Assembly (NCBI GenBank): GCA_018813975.1
Contig: JAHJAQ010000117.1
Coordinates: 1-35,875, forward strand
Reading direction: 5' to 3'
Length of the DNA stretch: 35,875 nucleotides
Source of the DNA: Candidatus Micrarchaeota archaeon
GTDB lineage: Archaea > Iainarchaeota > Iainarchaeia > Iainarchaeales > JAGVWC01
Under the pieces are notes generated by a model that did no database searches, was not told the origin of the DNA, and saw nothing but the letters and a program-made list of their open reading frames with translations. A program made the translations under genes and the position numbers. Below are positions 35,875 to 35,875 of the stretch, piece by piece. The first letter of the stretch is position 1, and each line of letters starts with the position of its first letter.

Positions 35875-35875
35875 G

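Noticed and set aside
1..35875. tRNA/rRNA genes, transposases, integrases, proviral genes
   Set aside because: No cloverleaf, rRNA-like or mobile-element protein signatures seen in the short intergenic regions or ORFs by eye

Overview
Gene-dense, AT-rich archaeal chromosomal segment. Pus10, the archaeal HMG-CoA synthase/thiolase/DUF35 trio, a KG|Q class III pilin, a KaiC-like ATPase, TATA boxes and GGAGG/GGTGA ribosome-binding sites mark it as archaeal; a DPANN lineage such as Iainarchaeota is my inference. Left 10.4 kb (minus strand): a mevalonate cluster joining the archaeal upper pathway to the classical lower pathway (MK, PMK, diphosphomevalonate decarboxylase, partial IDI-2 at the edge). 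It is interleaved with a HAD phosphatase, an HD hydrolase, two SAM methyltransferases (one split by an in-frame TAA) and a basic orphan. Middle: PPDK, an orphan solute-binding lipoprotein, an apparent folate-salvage/dTMP module (folC, ECF-S-like membrane protein, ACT protein, glyA, divergent two-domain thyX), pus10, a prenyl synthase with type-III GGPPS signatures, and a RecJ-like DHH nuclease with a 455-aa LAGLIDADG intein inside its catalytic DxD motif. Right: a coiled-coil protein, ppsA, a KaiC-like pair and a type IV pilus locus (pilin, two TadC, ATPase, wHTH protein). No rRNA, tRNA, CRISPR array or transposase was seen.
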